32,378 nt of DNA. It comes from Actinomycetota bacterium. Its GTDB lineage: Bacteria > Actinomycetota > AC-67. Position 1 is the first letter of the stretch, and each line of letters opens with the position of its first letter. The notes below the pieces were generated by a model. That model was not told the origin of the DNA. It ran no database searches and saw only the letters and a list, made by a program, of their open reading frames with translations. The stretch covers positions 1 to 32,378 of the forward strand of contig JBHELL010000091.1 in NCBI GenBank assembly GCA_046263075.1. The letters are read 5' to 3'. The position numbers were made by a program, and so were the translations under genes. Shown here piece by piece: positions 15,331 to 23,181 of this stretch.

Positions 15331-17741
15331 CGGCGCCGGTCGAGCACGGCGAGTGCCACGAGCGCGAGCAACCCGAGGATCGCAAGCGCCAGACCTTTCG
15401 CGAGCCACGCCGGGTGGTATGTGAACTCGACGATGTGATCGCCCGGTGTCAGCGCTACACCGCGCAGCGCGTGATCTGTAACAAGGATCGGAGCGGCATT
15501 GCCGTCGACGCGCGCGCGCCAGCCCGGGTACCACGAATCGCTCAACACGAGCACGGCTGCTTTCGTCGGCGCGGTGTGGACCGTCACCCGCTCAGGCTCG
15601 TAGCGAGTGATCGTCGCAGGCTCCGAGCTGCACGGGCCGCTCGGCGAGCCGAGCGCGCGCGCGTCCGGGGAATCGTCGATGTAGGCAGTCGTCCGAAGAT
15701 CATCCGTCGTCGCTCTTGCGATCAGCGCGAGCGCCTCGCCGGACGATGCGACGTTCCAGCAGGTCGTGGTGAACACCGGCGGGAACGCAGATTTCCGTTC
15801 CATGATGTACGGGCCCTGGTCGAACACCGTCGCGCCGACAGCCGGCTCGGGCTGGGACGAAACCGCATAGCGCGCGCCGAGGAGATCCAGGACCGGCGAC
15901 GACATCGCACTCTTGGTGAACCGGCCGATCAGGTTGAGATCGCGCGCCTGCTTCAGCTGGTTCTGTGCCACGTCGATCAGCTCGACGTAGTTACGAAGGA
16001 TGAACGTGTCAGAACCGCCGATCCCGTACATGCGGTACATCAGCGGTGAGTTCCGCTGGAACCAGTCCTTGCCGAGGGTCAGGAACCGCGAGCGATCTTT
16101 GGTCAGCGCTTGCATCGCCGCGATCGGGGGCGTCACGGGGTACGGGTTCCCCGTCGTTTCGAACGGGTGGTAGCGGAAGCCATACGCCCATAGGTCTCCT
16201 GCGATGAGCAGAACGATCACCGCTGCAGCGAGACCGCGCCGTTTCGTCGCGATGATCAGGACCACGATCGCAGCGGCGAGCGCGAACGCCGCAGCCCGAA
16301 CCGCGCGCTGCACGACGTAGCCGGTCGTCAGCGGATCGCGGATCCCGCCGACCTCGATCGCGAGCAGCGCAAGCCCCGCGGCCGCAACGCACGACCCGGC
16401 GAGCCACAGGCGCGCGCGCCGCTCTGCCCTCATGAACGCGTCGATCCCGAGCGCCGCGAGCGCCGCGATCGACGTATCGACGAGGAAGATCATGCGCGAC
16501 GGTTGTCGCGTCTGGTCGTACTTCGGCAGCAGGTAGAAAAGGCGGTACACCGGCGTCCCCCACGCCGCGAGCGCGCCGACCACGGCGACGATGAGGAAGC
16601 CGAGCGTCCATCGATCGCGCCGGCGCGCCACCGCGAACGCGCCGAGCGAGAGCGAGATGATCCCGGCGTACATCCCTGCCTCGGTCGAGTTCGAGTGACC
16701 CGTGTAGTTCGAGTCGACGATGCTGCCGAAGCGTTCGGGCACGAGCAGGGCGCTCACCTGGCCGGCGGGGAACGTTCCGCGCACGACGGCGTCGTATGGC
16801 TCGAAGGAACGAACGATCCGGTTCGAGAACTCGCCGGTCGCGAGGATCTGCGGGGCAGCGAGCAATCCGGCGACGGCGACCGATCCTGCGAGCGTCAGCC
16901 CGATGATCGCGGCTCGACGAGCCGCCGCGCGCGCAGCGTCCTTGCGCAGGAACTCCGCCGCAGCCGCGAGCACGGTCCAGATCAGCGCGGCCGTCCACAC
17001 GTACAGCGCAACCTGCGCATGCCCGGCGAGAAGGCTGAGCGCCAAGCACGAGCCCGCGATCGCGATGCCTTTCCATCGTCTGTCGTGGAATGCGACCTCG
17101 AGGCCGCCGAAGACACCGGGCAACCACATCCCGGAGCCGAACAGCGTCACGTGCTCGCGCCACCCCAGCATGAAACCTGAAAACGTAAATATCGCAGCAC
17201 CGGCTACGGCTGCGTACGGATGCAGCTTGATCACGCGGAAGAACCAGTACGCGAGCAACAACGCACCGAGCGCGCTCAACGCTTGGATCGTCTCGTTGAC
17301 GCGCAGGGTGTGGCCGAGCGAGAACAGCCAGTTCGGCGGATACTCGAACGCGGTCTGCGAATTCGCAGCGAACGGTGTTCCGGAGAACCGGTACGGATCC
17401 CACGTCGCAACGTGCCCGTGCGCGAGCCTGCTACCGAAGTAGGACTCCCACGGGTAGTAGAGGTTGAGCACGTCGGTTTCGAGGCCGTTGATCGCAGGCT
17501 CGCCGCCGACGTAGTACGCGGTCGGAGGGATCGTGCGCGAGAAGTCCATCGGGAACGGGACGCGCCCGAAGAAGATCGGCCACCAGAATGCGAGCCAGAT
17601 CCCGAGCAGGATCGCGATCGCGATCTTGACCGTACGCCGATCCGATAGTGCATCCGCCGCGCGCGCGCGCGGCTCGGCGATGCTGTCGTCGGTGACGCCG
17701 GCGCTCAGATCCGGCCTTCCGCGATGGCGTCTTGGATCCAC
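15321..17741 (-). CDS. YfhO-family polytopic membrane glycosyltransferase (GT-C fold)
   Basis: C-terminal ~806 aa of ORF 15321..18419. Many TM helices. WDPYRFSGTPFAANSQTAFEYP near the N-terminus. C-terminal LSDSWYPGWRARVDGNAAPILVTDHALRGVALTPGDHIVEFTYHP plus a final TM helix, which is the typical YfhO architecture. The start is uncertain: GTG 17741 (37 nt inside the upstream SDR gene) is the nearest canonical start before the first TM helix. Confidence 0.8.
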   Translation of the reverse strand: MDPRRHRGRPDLSAGVTDDSIAEPRARAADALSDRRTVKIAIAILLGIWLAFWWPIFFGRVPFPMDFSRTIPPTAYYVGGEPAINGLETDVLNLYYPWESYFGSRLAHGHVATWDPYRFSGTPFAANSQTAFEYPPNWLFSLGHTLRVNETIQALSALGALLLAYWFFRVIKLHPYAAVAGAAIFTFSGFMLGWREHVTLFGSGMWLPGVFGGLEVAFHDRRWKGIAIAGSCLALSLLAGHAQVALYVWTAALIWTVLAAAAEFLRKDAARAAARRAAIIGLTLAGSVAVAGLLAAPQILATGEFSNRIVRSFEPYDAVVRGTFPAGQVSALLVPERFGSIVDSNYTGHSNSTEAGMYAGIISLSLGAFAVARRRDRWTLGFLIVAVVGALAAWGTPVYRLFYLLPKYDQTRQPSRMIFLVDTSIAALAALGIDAFMRAERRARLWLAGSCVAAAGLALLAIEVGGIRDPLTTGYVVQRAVRAAAFALAAAIVVLIIATKRRGLAAAVIVLLIAGDLWAYGFRYHPFETTGNPYPVTPPIAAMQALTKDRSRFLTLGKDWFQRNSPLMYRMYGIGGSDTFILRNYVELIDVAQNQLKQARDLNLIGRFTKSAMSSPVLDLLGARYAVSSQPEPAVGATVFDQGPYIMERKSAFPPVFTTTCWNVASSGEALALIARATTDDLRTTAYIDDSPDARALGSPSGPCSSEPATITRYEPERVTVHTAPTKAAVLVLSDSWYPGWRARVDGNAAPILVTDHALRGVALTPGDHIVEFTYHPAWLAKGLALAILGLLALVALAVLDRRRQI

Positions 17742-18730
17742 GGGATCACTTCGGCGAGCATGTCGTCGAGCGACGTCTTCGCCTCGAATCCAAGCACGCG
17801 CTTCGCCTTCTCCGTCGCCGGGATCCGCTTCTGCACGTCGTACTCGAACGGATCGTCGGACACATAGCGGAAGGGAACATCCGGGCCCTTGATCATGTGC
17901 CAGATGCGCTCGGCGAGGTCGAGGACCGTCGTCGATTCCGCCGTCGAGATGTTGAAGTCGTCGTTGAGCGCATCCGGATGCTCCATCGCCGCGACGATCC
18001 CGGCCGCGATGTCCCCGCCGTAGGTGTAGTGACGGATCTGCTTGCCGTCGCCGAGGATGTGCAGCGGGTCCTGCCCCTTCACGACCTTCTGCACGAGGTC
18101 GGGGACCACGTGACTCATCGCGAGCTTCACGTTGCCGCTCAGGACGTCGATCTCCCCGAGCGCGCGCTGCTCGCCGATCCCGACGCAGTTGAACGGACGC
18201 ACGATCGTGTACGGCAATCCGTACTGACGGTGCGCCGCGCGCGCGAAGTACTCGACGGCGAGCTTCTGGAACCCGTACGACGAAAGCGGCGGCGGGACCT
18301 GGAGCTCTTGGCCTTCGAAGGACGGCCAGGAGTCGGCCGACTCGAACACCATCGAGGAGCTGACGTACACGATCTTCTGGAGCCGTCCGGCGCGGAAGGC
18401 ATCGATGGCGCCGTCGCACGTTGCAGCGATGATGCGCTCATTGGTCGCCAGCAGGTCGTATGCGTACGTGTGGAAGTAGGAGATACCGCCGATCATCGCC
18501 GCGCCGGCGATGACGTAGTCAGCCTCCGATGAAAGGTTCTTCATCAAGGCCACATCGCGCGCGTCCCCCTCGACGAGCGAATAGTTCGGGTTCGTGTCGT
18601 ACGACTTGGCGACGCGGCCGTACTACGAGAAGTTGTCGAGCCCGACGACCGTGTATCCCTTCCGCAGGAGCTCTTCGACGACGTATCCACCGATGAATCC
18701 GGCGGCGCCGGTGACGAGGACGGTGCTCAT
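17705..18730 (-). pseudogene. NAD-dependent epimerase/dehydratase (extended SDR) interrupted by one in-frame TAG at codon 36
   Basis: ORFs 18623..18868 (ending MSTVLVTGAAGFIGGYVVEELLRKGYTVVGLDNFS*) and 17705..18553 are in the same frame. Reading through the TAG at 18625-18623 gives ...LDNFS*YGRVAKSYDTNPNYSLVEGDARDVALMKNL... with no frameshift. Rossmann motif GAAGFIGG lies upstream of the stop and catalytic SSYGFQK (YxxxK) downstream. ATG 18730 overlaps the GT2 stop (ATGA). It could instead be a sequencing error or a readthrough event. Confidence 0.7.
18623..18625 (-). other. In-frame amber (TAG) codon inside the SDR gene
   Basis: The minus strand reads AAC TTC TCG TAG TAC GGC CGC. Confidence 0.95.
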
Positions 18731-19470
18731 GAACGCGCCTCCGATAGACGACGGGCGAGCTGGTCCGGGCGCAAGCGAGGTCCGAAGGCGAAGACGTACC
18801 AACGCAGGTAGTGCCGCAGCCATTTCGCGAGTTTGAAGTTGGACTCCCCTTCCGTTCGGTCGAGCCACACGGCGGGGATCTCTTTCACGGGAAGCCTGAG
18901 CCGGCGCGCTTTCGCGACGAGCTCGATGCCGATCTCGAAACCGGCGTCCGACTCGATGCCGGCATCGCGCATGAAGGACGCCGCGTAGGCCTTGAACGAG
19001 TTCGTCGGGTCGTGCGTGCCGACGCGCGCGAGCCAGTAGAGCGACAGGCCGGCCGTCCGGGACATAATCCGCTTCAGCAACGGGCCGCCGCGCTGCTCAC
19101 CGCCGCGCATGTAGCGCGAGGCCGCGACGACCGCCGCTCCGCCCTCGACGAGCGACACCATCGGATCGATCTTCGTCACGTCGTCGGACCCATCCGCCAT
19201 CGTGACGACGATGACTCCGGCGCGCGCCTGATCGATGCCGAAACGGATCGCGCGCGCAGGCCCGCGTCCGTAGGTGTTCAGCGTCGGAAGCACGCGCTGG
19301 TCCTTGCGCGCGTACCCTTCGGCGAACGCCGCGGTGGAGTCCTGCGGCGTGTCGTATACGACGAGCACCTCGCACGGCGACGTCACCGACGCGAGCAAGT
19401 GGTCGAGCGCGCCGATGATGCGCTCACCCTCGTTGTACGCAGGAACGACGATCGAAACGCGTGGCGTCAT
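18727..19470 (-). CDS. GT2 polyprenol-phosphate glycosyltransferase (Ppm1/DPM1-like, soluble short form)
   Basis: Within ORF 18727..19575. ATG 19470 (MTPRVSIVVPAYNEGERI) overlaps the stop of the upstream dehydrogenase (ATGA). VLVVYDTPQD, VTMADGSDD, DPTNSFKAY. 247 aa with no TM helix. Confidence 0.85.
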   Translation of the reverse strand: MTPRVSIVVPAYNEGERIIGALDHLLASVTSPCEVLVVYDTPQDSTAAFAEGYARKDQRVLPTLNTYGRGPARAIRFGIDQARAGVIVVTMADGSDDVTKIDPMVSLVEGGAAVVAASRYMRGGEQRGGPLLKRIMSRTAGLSLYWLARVGTHDPTNSFKAYAASFMRDAGIESDAGFEIGIELVAKARRLRLPVKEIPAVWLDRTEGESNFKLAKWLRHYLRWYVFAFGPRLRPDQLARRLSEARS

Positions 19471-20666
19471 ACGACGACGCCGTCTCCGAACAGGTTCCAG
19501 ACGTCGGCGACGGGCTGACGGGGCTCGAGGTCCGCGTACACCGTGTGCGGCACCCCGACGACGAGCAGATCGCATTCGGCGAGCACCTTCTCGAGCGGCT
19601 CAAGCTCCGGATCGTCCGCCACGTACGGATCGGTGCACATGACGCGCGCAGCCTTGAACTTCAGGATGCGCTTGAGCTTGTAGCTGAGGCTCGACCGCCG
19701 GTCGTCGCAATCCGCCTTGAACGCCATCCCAAGGATGCCGACCGTCATCTTCGACAGGTCGAAGCGTTGCTCGAGCCGTGCGAGCACGTAGAGCGGCATA
19801 CCTTCGTTCACCATCATCGCCGCGTGCCCGAGGTTGAACTGGTTGTTGTTGAACGCCGCGAGCTGCATCGTGTCCTTGAAGAGGCAGGGCCCGGCGGCGA
19901 AGCCTGCGCGCGGCAGGTCGGCGGCGCGGGGGTAGCCGTACGCGAGGGCGGCCCGGATCTTCTCGTAGTCGAGCCCGAAGTCGTTCGCCATCGTGTAAAG
20001 CTGGTTCGCCGTCGCCATCTTGATGTAGCGCCACGCGTTCGTATACAGCTTCGCCAGCTCCGCTTCCTCCGGCGACAAGAAAACGATCTCGGTCGTGAGG
20101 TTGCGGAAGAGCTTGGCCGCGCGTTCCTGTGCGTCTGTGGAGCGACCGGACACGAGCTGCGGCAGCTCGTACAGCTCCGTCAGGGCCTTCCCTTGCGCGA
20201 TCCGCTCGGGACAGAATGCAACCTCGACGTCGAGTCCGAGACGCTTCACGAGGTTCTCGACGAGCGCGGTCACACCCGGATACAACGTGCTCCGCAGAAC
20301 GAGGAGCTGGCCCGCGCTCATCAGCGGTGCGAGGTCCTCGACGACCAGTGGCACGCAATGCACGTCGGGATTGAGGTGCTCGTCGACCGGCGTGCCGATG
20401 ACGACGATCACCGTTTCGGCTTCCGCGACGATCGAGGGATCCGCCGACGCGATCAGGTTCGTTCCGAGCACGCGCGGAAGAACCTCGTCGGCACCGGGCT
20501 CCCAGAATGGCATCGTTCCGCCGTTCAGCGTGTCGATCGCGCGCTGGTTCACGTCGTACAGAGCGACCCGCAACCCGCGATCGGCGAACGCGAGGCCGAG
20601 CGGCAACCCGACGCGGCCACACCCGCCGACGATCACAACATCGCGCGCGAAAGAGCGTTCGGTCAT
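19467..20666 (-). CDS. Nucleotide-sugar dehydrogenase (UDP-glucose/GDP-mannose dehydrogenase family), substrate unknown
   Basis: ORF 19467..20666, 399 aa. Rossmann VVIVGGCGRVGLPLG, catalytic-Cys motif FAAGPCLFKD, C-terminal ILGMAFKADCDDRRSS. AGGAGG Shine-Dalgarno lies 7 nt before the ATG. Confidence 0.85.
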   Translation of the reverse strand: MTERSFARDVVIVGGCGRVGLPLGLAFADRGLRVALYDVNQRAIDTLNGGTMPFWEPGADEVLPRVLGTNLIASADPSIVAEAETVIVVIGTPVDEHLNPDVHCVPLVVEDLAPLMSAGQLLVLRSTLYPGVTALVENLVKRLGLDVEVAFCPERIAQGKALTELYELPQLVSGRSTDAQERAAKLFRNLTTEIVFLSPEEAELAKLYTNAWRYIKMATANQLYTMANDFGLDYEKIRAALAYGYPRAADLPRAGFAAGPCLFKDTMQLAAFNNNQFNLGHAAMMVNEGMPLYVLARLEQRFDLSKMTVGILGMAFKADCDDRRSSLSYKLKRILKFKAARVMCTDPYVADDPELEPLEKVLAECDLLVVGVPHTVYADLEPRQPVADVWNLFGDGVVV

Positions 20667-20732
20667 CGTTCCCCTCCTGGTGGCCCCGAAGGGTATCGCG
20701 ACTGAGGACGAAGGGTTCGAGGCCGAGAAAGA

Positions 20733-21830
20733 CTACATGGGTGTACCCGCGCGCGCGCGCCCCCACTCCACGATGACATCGGCGATGCGCTCTCCGGCCT
20801 TCCCGTCCCAAAGAGGCGGCCGGATCGCCGCCGGCCTCGGCGCAGCGATGGCCGCGCGGGCCTCACGTTCGAGCGCGCCTGGGTCGGTGCCGACGAGCGT
20901 GTTCGTCCCCATCGAGACCGTGATCGGTCGCTCGGTGTTCTCGCGGATCGTCAAGCACGGCACGCCGAGGACCGTGGTCTCCTCCTGGATCCCGCCCGAG
21001 TCCGTGAGCACGACGCGCGCATCCATCATCAGGCGGAGGAAGTCCACGTACCCGACCGGCTCGATCATCCGAACGGATCCGGCGTCCAAACCGTTCAGGG
21101 CGACCACCGCTGCGGTCCGCGGATGCACGGGGAACACGACGTCGACGAGCTCGCCCACCGACGACAGCGCGCGCAACAGCGCGCCGAGCCGCCGCGGCTC
21201 GTCGACGTTCGACGGCCGGTGCAACGTGACGAGCGCATACTTCTCCGCGTCGAGCCCGAGGTCGGTGAGGATCGACGAGTCGCGCGCGCGCGCGAGGTGG
21301 GTCTCGAGCGAATCGATCATGGTGTTGCCGACGAAGTGGATCTTCTCCTTGGCGACGCGCTCGGCGATGAGGTTCTCTTCGGCTTCCGGCGACGTCGTGA
21401 ACAGCAGCTCGGAGATCTGGTCAGTCAATACGCGATTGATCTCCTCGGGCATAGAGCGGTCGAAGCTGCGCAAGCCGGCCTCCACGTGGGCGACCGGGAT
21501 CATCAGCTTCGCGCTCGCGAGCGCAGCAGCGAGAGTGGAGTTGACGTCGCCGACAATGACCACGAGGTCGGGCGCGCGCGCGCGCAATACCGGCTCGATC
21601 GACTCAAGCACGCGCGCGGTCTGCTGCGCGTGCGTGCCGGACCCGACGCCGAGGTGCTCGTCGGGCTCCGGCAGGCGGAGATCGGCGAAGAACGCGGCAG
21701 ACAAGCCTTCGTCATAGTGCTGGCCGGTATGCACCAAGACCGCCTCGACGCCGCGCGCTTCCAGCGCGCGCAACACAGGCGCGACCTTCATGAAGTTCGG
21801 ACGAGCCGCCGCGACGATGAGCACCTTCAC
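20733..21830 (-). CDS. wecB: UDP-N-acetylglucosamine 2-epimerase (non-hydrolysing)
   Basis: ORF 20733..21830, 365 aa, GTG start. (M)KVLIVAAARPNFMKVAPV, VHTGQHYD, HVEAGLRSFD, TDSGGIQEE. Confidence 0.9.
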   Translation of the reverse strand: MKVLIVAAARPNFMKVAPVLRALEARGVEAVLVHTGQHYDEGLSAAFFADLRLPEPDEHLGVGSGTHAQQTARVLESIEPVLRARAPDLVVIVGDVNSTLAAALASAKLMIPVAHVEAGLRSFDRSMPEEINRVLTDQISELLFTTSPEAEENLIAERVAKEKIHFVGNTMIDSLETHLARARDSSILTDLGLDAEKYALVTLHRPSNVDEPRRLGALLRALSSVGELVDVVFPVHPRTAAVVALNGLDAGSVRMIEPVGYVDFLRLMMDARVVLTDSGGIQEETTVLGVPCLTIRENTERPITVSMGTNTLVGTDPGALEREARAAIAAPRPAAIRPPLWDGKAGERIADVIVEWGRARAGTPM

Positions 21831-21837
21831 ATCGCCG

Positions 21838-21843
21838 AGCCTA
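21838..21843 (-). promoter_or_regulatory. Candidate -10 box TAGGCT (TANNNT) 7 nt upstream of the wecB GTG, implying a possible leaderless transcript
   Basis: The minus strand reads GGGTAGGCTCGGCGATGTG, with no Shine-Dalgarno between the box and the start. Confidence 0.3.
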
Positions 21844-21872
21844 CCCGAGCACTGCGCGCCTCAGGCAGCAGG

Positions 21873-21878
21873 TACAGT
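21873..21878 (+). promoter_or_regulatory. Candidate -10 box TACAGT (TANNNT) 7 nt upstream of the ATG at 21886, implying a possible leaderless transcript
   Basis: The plus strand reads ggTACAGTtacgcacATG, with no Shine-Dalgarno. Confidence 0.3.
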
Positions 21879-21885
21879 TACGCAC

Positions 21886-23181
21886 ATGCTCGAAGAAACG
21901 CTGCGAAAGCTCGACGACGGTACGTGGGAAGCCGCCGTCGTCGGCCTCGGATACGTGGGTCTTCCGCTTCTCGTGACGATGGCGCGCAAGGGTGTGTCCG
22001 TCATGGGCTTCGACGTGAAGCCCGACGTCGTCGCGTCGCTTTCGCGGGGCCGGTCGCACATCGACGACATCGGCGACGCGGACCTCGCAGAGGTATCTGC
22101 GCGGACGCGATTCACCTCCGACCCCTCGGAGCTGTCGCAGGCCGACGTGATCTTCATCTGCGTCCCGACGCCGCTCGCGGTTGGCAAGCTCCCGGACAAC
22201 TCCTACATCGAGCGCGCCGCTCGCGACATCGCGTCGGCGATGCGACCCGGACAGATCGTGATCCTCGAGTCGACGACGTCGCCGGGAACGACGGACAACA
22301 CGGTTCTGCCGATCCTCGGCAGCACCGGCTTCGCGGTCGATGAGGACTTCCTGCTCGCGTATTCACCCGAACGGGTCGACCCCGGCAATGCGTCACACCG
22401 AACCGCGGACATCCCCCGCGTGGTCGGCGGCGTAACGCCGGCCAGCACCGCAGCGGTCGAGAAGATCTACGCGCGCTTCGTCCCGTCGGTGCACGCCGTA
22501 TCGAACGCGCGCACGGCGGAGACGGCGAAGCTTCTCGAGAACACGTTCCGGTGGGTGAACATCGCGCTGGCCAACGAGATGGCGATGATCGCGCGCGCGC
22601 TCGGCGTCGACATATGGGAAGTGGTGGACGCAGCCGCGACGAAGCCGTTCGGGTACATGCCGTTCTACCCCGGACCCGGCGTCGGCGGTCACTGCATCCC
22701 GCTCGACCCGTACTACCTGCAATGGGCGGCGCGCATGACGGGCGAAGGCACTCGATTCATCGAGCTCGCCGAGTGGATCAATACGCGCATGCCCTCCGTC
22801 GTGGTCGACCGCGTTCAAGAGGCGCTGAACGAGTCCGCGCGATCGCTGCGCGAATCGAAGGTATTGATACTCGGCGTCGCATACAAGCCGAACATCAGCG
22901 ACTATCGCGAGTCGCCGGCTCTCGAGGTCATCGAGCTGCTGCGCCGGCAAGGCGCGGAGATCTCCTACGCCGACCCACACGTGCGCGCGCTCCCCGAAGA
23001 AGACTTAACGGCCGTCGAGCCCACCACCGGCGCGATCGCAGACGCAGACTGCGTGCTGATCCTCGCGGACCACGACGCGTTCGACTACGAAAGCATCGTG
23101 AAGAACGCGCGCGTCGTCGTGGACACCCGCAACGCGATCGGGAAGCGTGGGATCCGAAGCTCGAACGTCCGGACGCTTTAG
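21886..23181 (+). CDS. wecC: UDP-N-acetyl-D-mannosamine (or UDP-GlcNAc/GalNAc) 6-dehydrogenase, WecC/WbpA/Cap5O-type
   Basis: Within ORF 21790..23181, from ATG 21886 (MLEETLRKLDDGTWEAAVVGLGYVGLPL). PGPGVGGHCIPLDPYYL catalytic motif, ILGVAYKPNISDYRESP. 431 aa. The ManNAc substrate is inferred only from the divergent pairing with wecB. Confidence 0.75.
   Translation: MLEETLRKLDDGTWEAAVVGLGYVGLPLLVTMARKGVSVMGFDVKPDVVASLSRGRSHIDDIGDADLAEVSARTRFTSDPSELSQADVIFICVPTPLAVGKLPDNSYIERAARDIASAMRPGQIVILESTTSPGTTDNTVLPILGSTGFAVDEDFLLAYSPERVDPGNASHRTADIPRVVGGVTPASTAAVEKIYARFVPSVHAVSNARTAETAKLLENTFRWVNIALANEMAMIARALGVDIWEVVDAAATKPFGYMPFYPGPGVGGHCIPLDPYYLQWAARMTGEGTRFIELAEWINTRMPSVVVDRVQEALNESARSLRESKVLILGVAYKPNISDYRESPALEVIELLRRQGAEISYADPHVRALPEEDLTAVEPTTGAIADADCVLILADHDAFDYESIVKNARVVVDTRNAIGKRGIRSSNVRTL

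Noticed and set aside
16009-17648. ORFs 16009..17403 (-), 16503..17180 (+), 16720..17442 (+) and 17220..17648 (+) within the YfhO-like gene
   Set aside because: They are off-frame or antisense, with low-complexity Arg/Asp/Pro composition.
15321-18419. The 1032-aa ORF read as a single protein
   Set aside because: Its N-terminal ~225 aa are an Arg-rich off-frame read across the SDR gene, whose own frame has clean SDR motifs. Only the part from about 17741 downward is the YfhO-like membrane protein.
18554-18622. An apparent 69-nt intergenic gap between ORFs 17705..18553 and 18623..18868
   Set aside because: Both ORFs are in the same frame, and the gap translates as a continuous SDR sequence (YGRVAKSYDTNPNYSLVEGDARD). 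It is one gene with an internal TAG, not two genes.
19461-22343. Large ORFs 19461..20705 (+), 19600..20811 (-), 20095..21717 (+) and 21123..22343 (+)
   Set aside because: These are antisense or off-frame shadows of the dehydrogenase, wecB and WecC-type genes. None has motifs, and all are Arg/Ser/Pro-rich.
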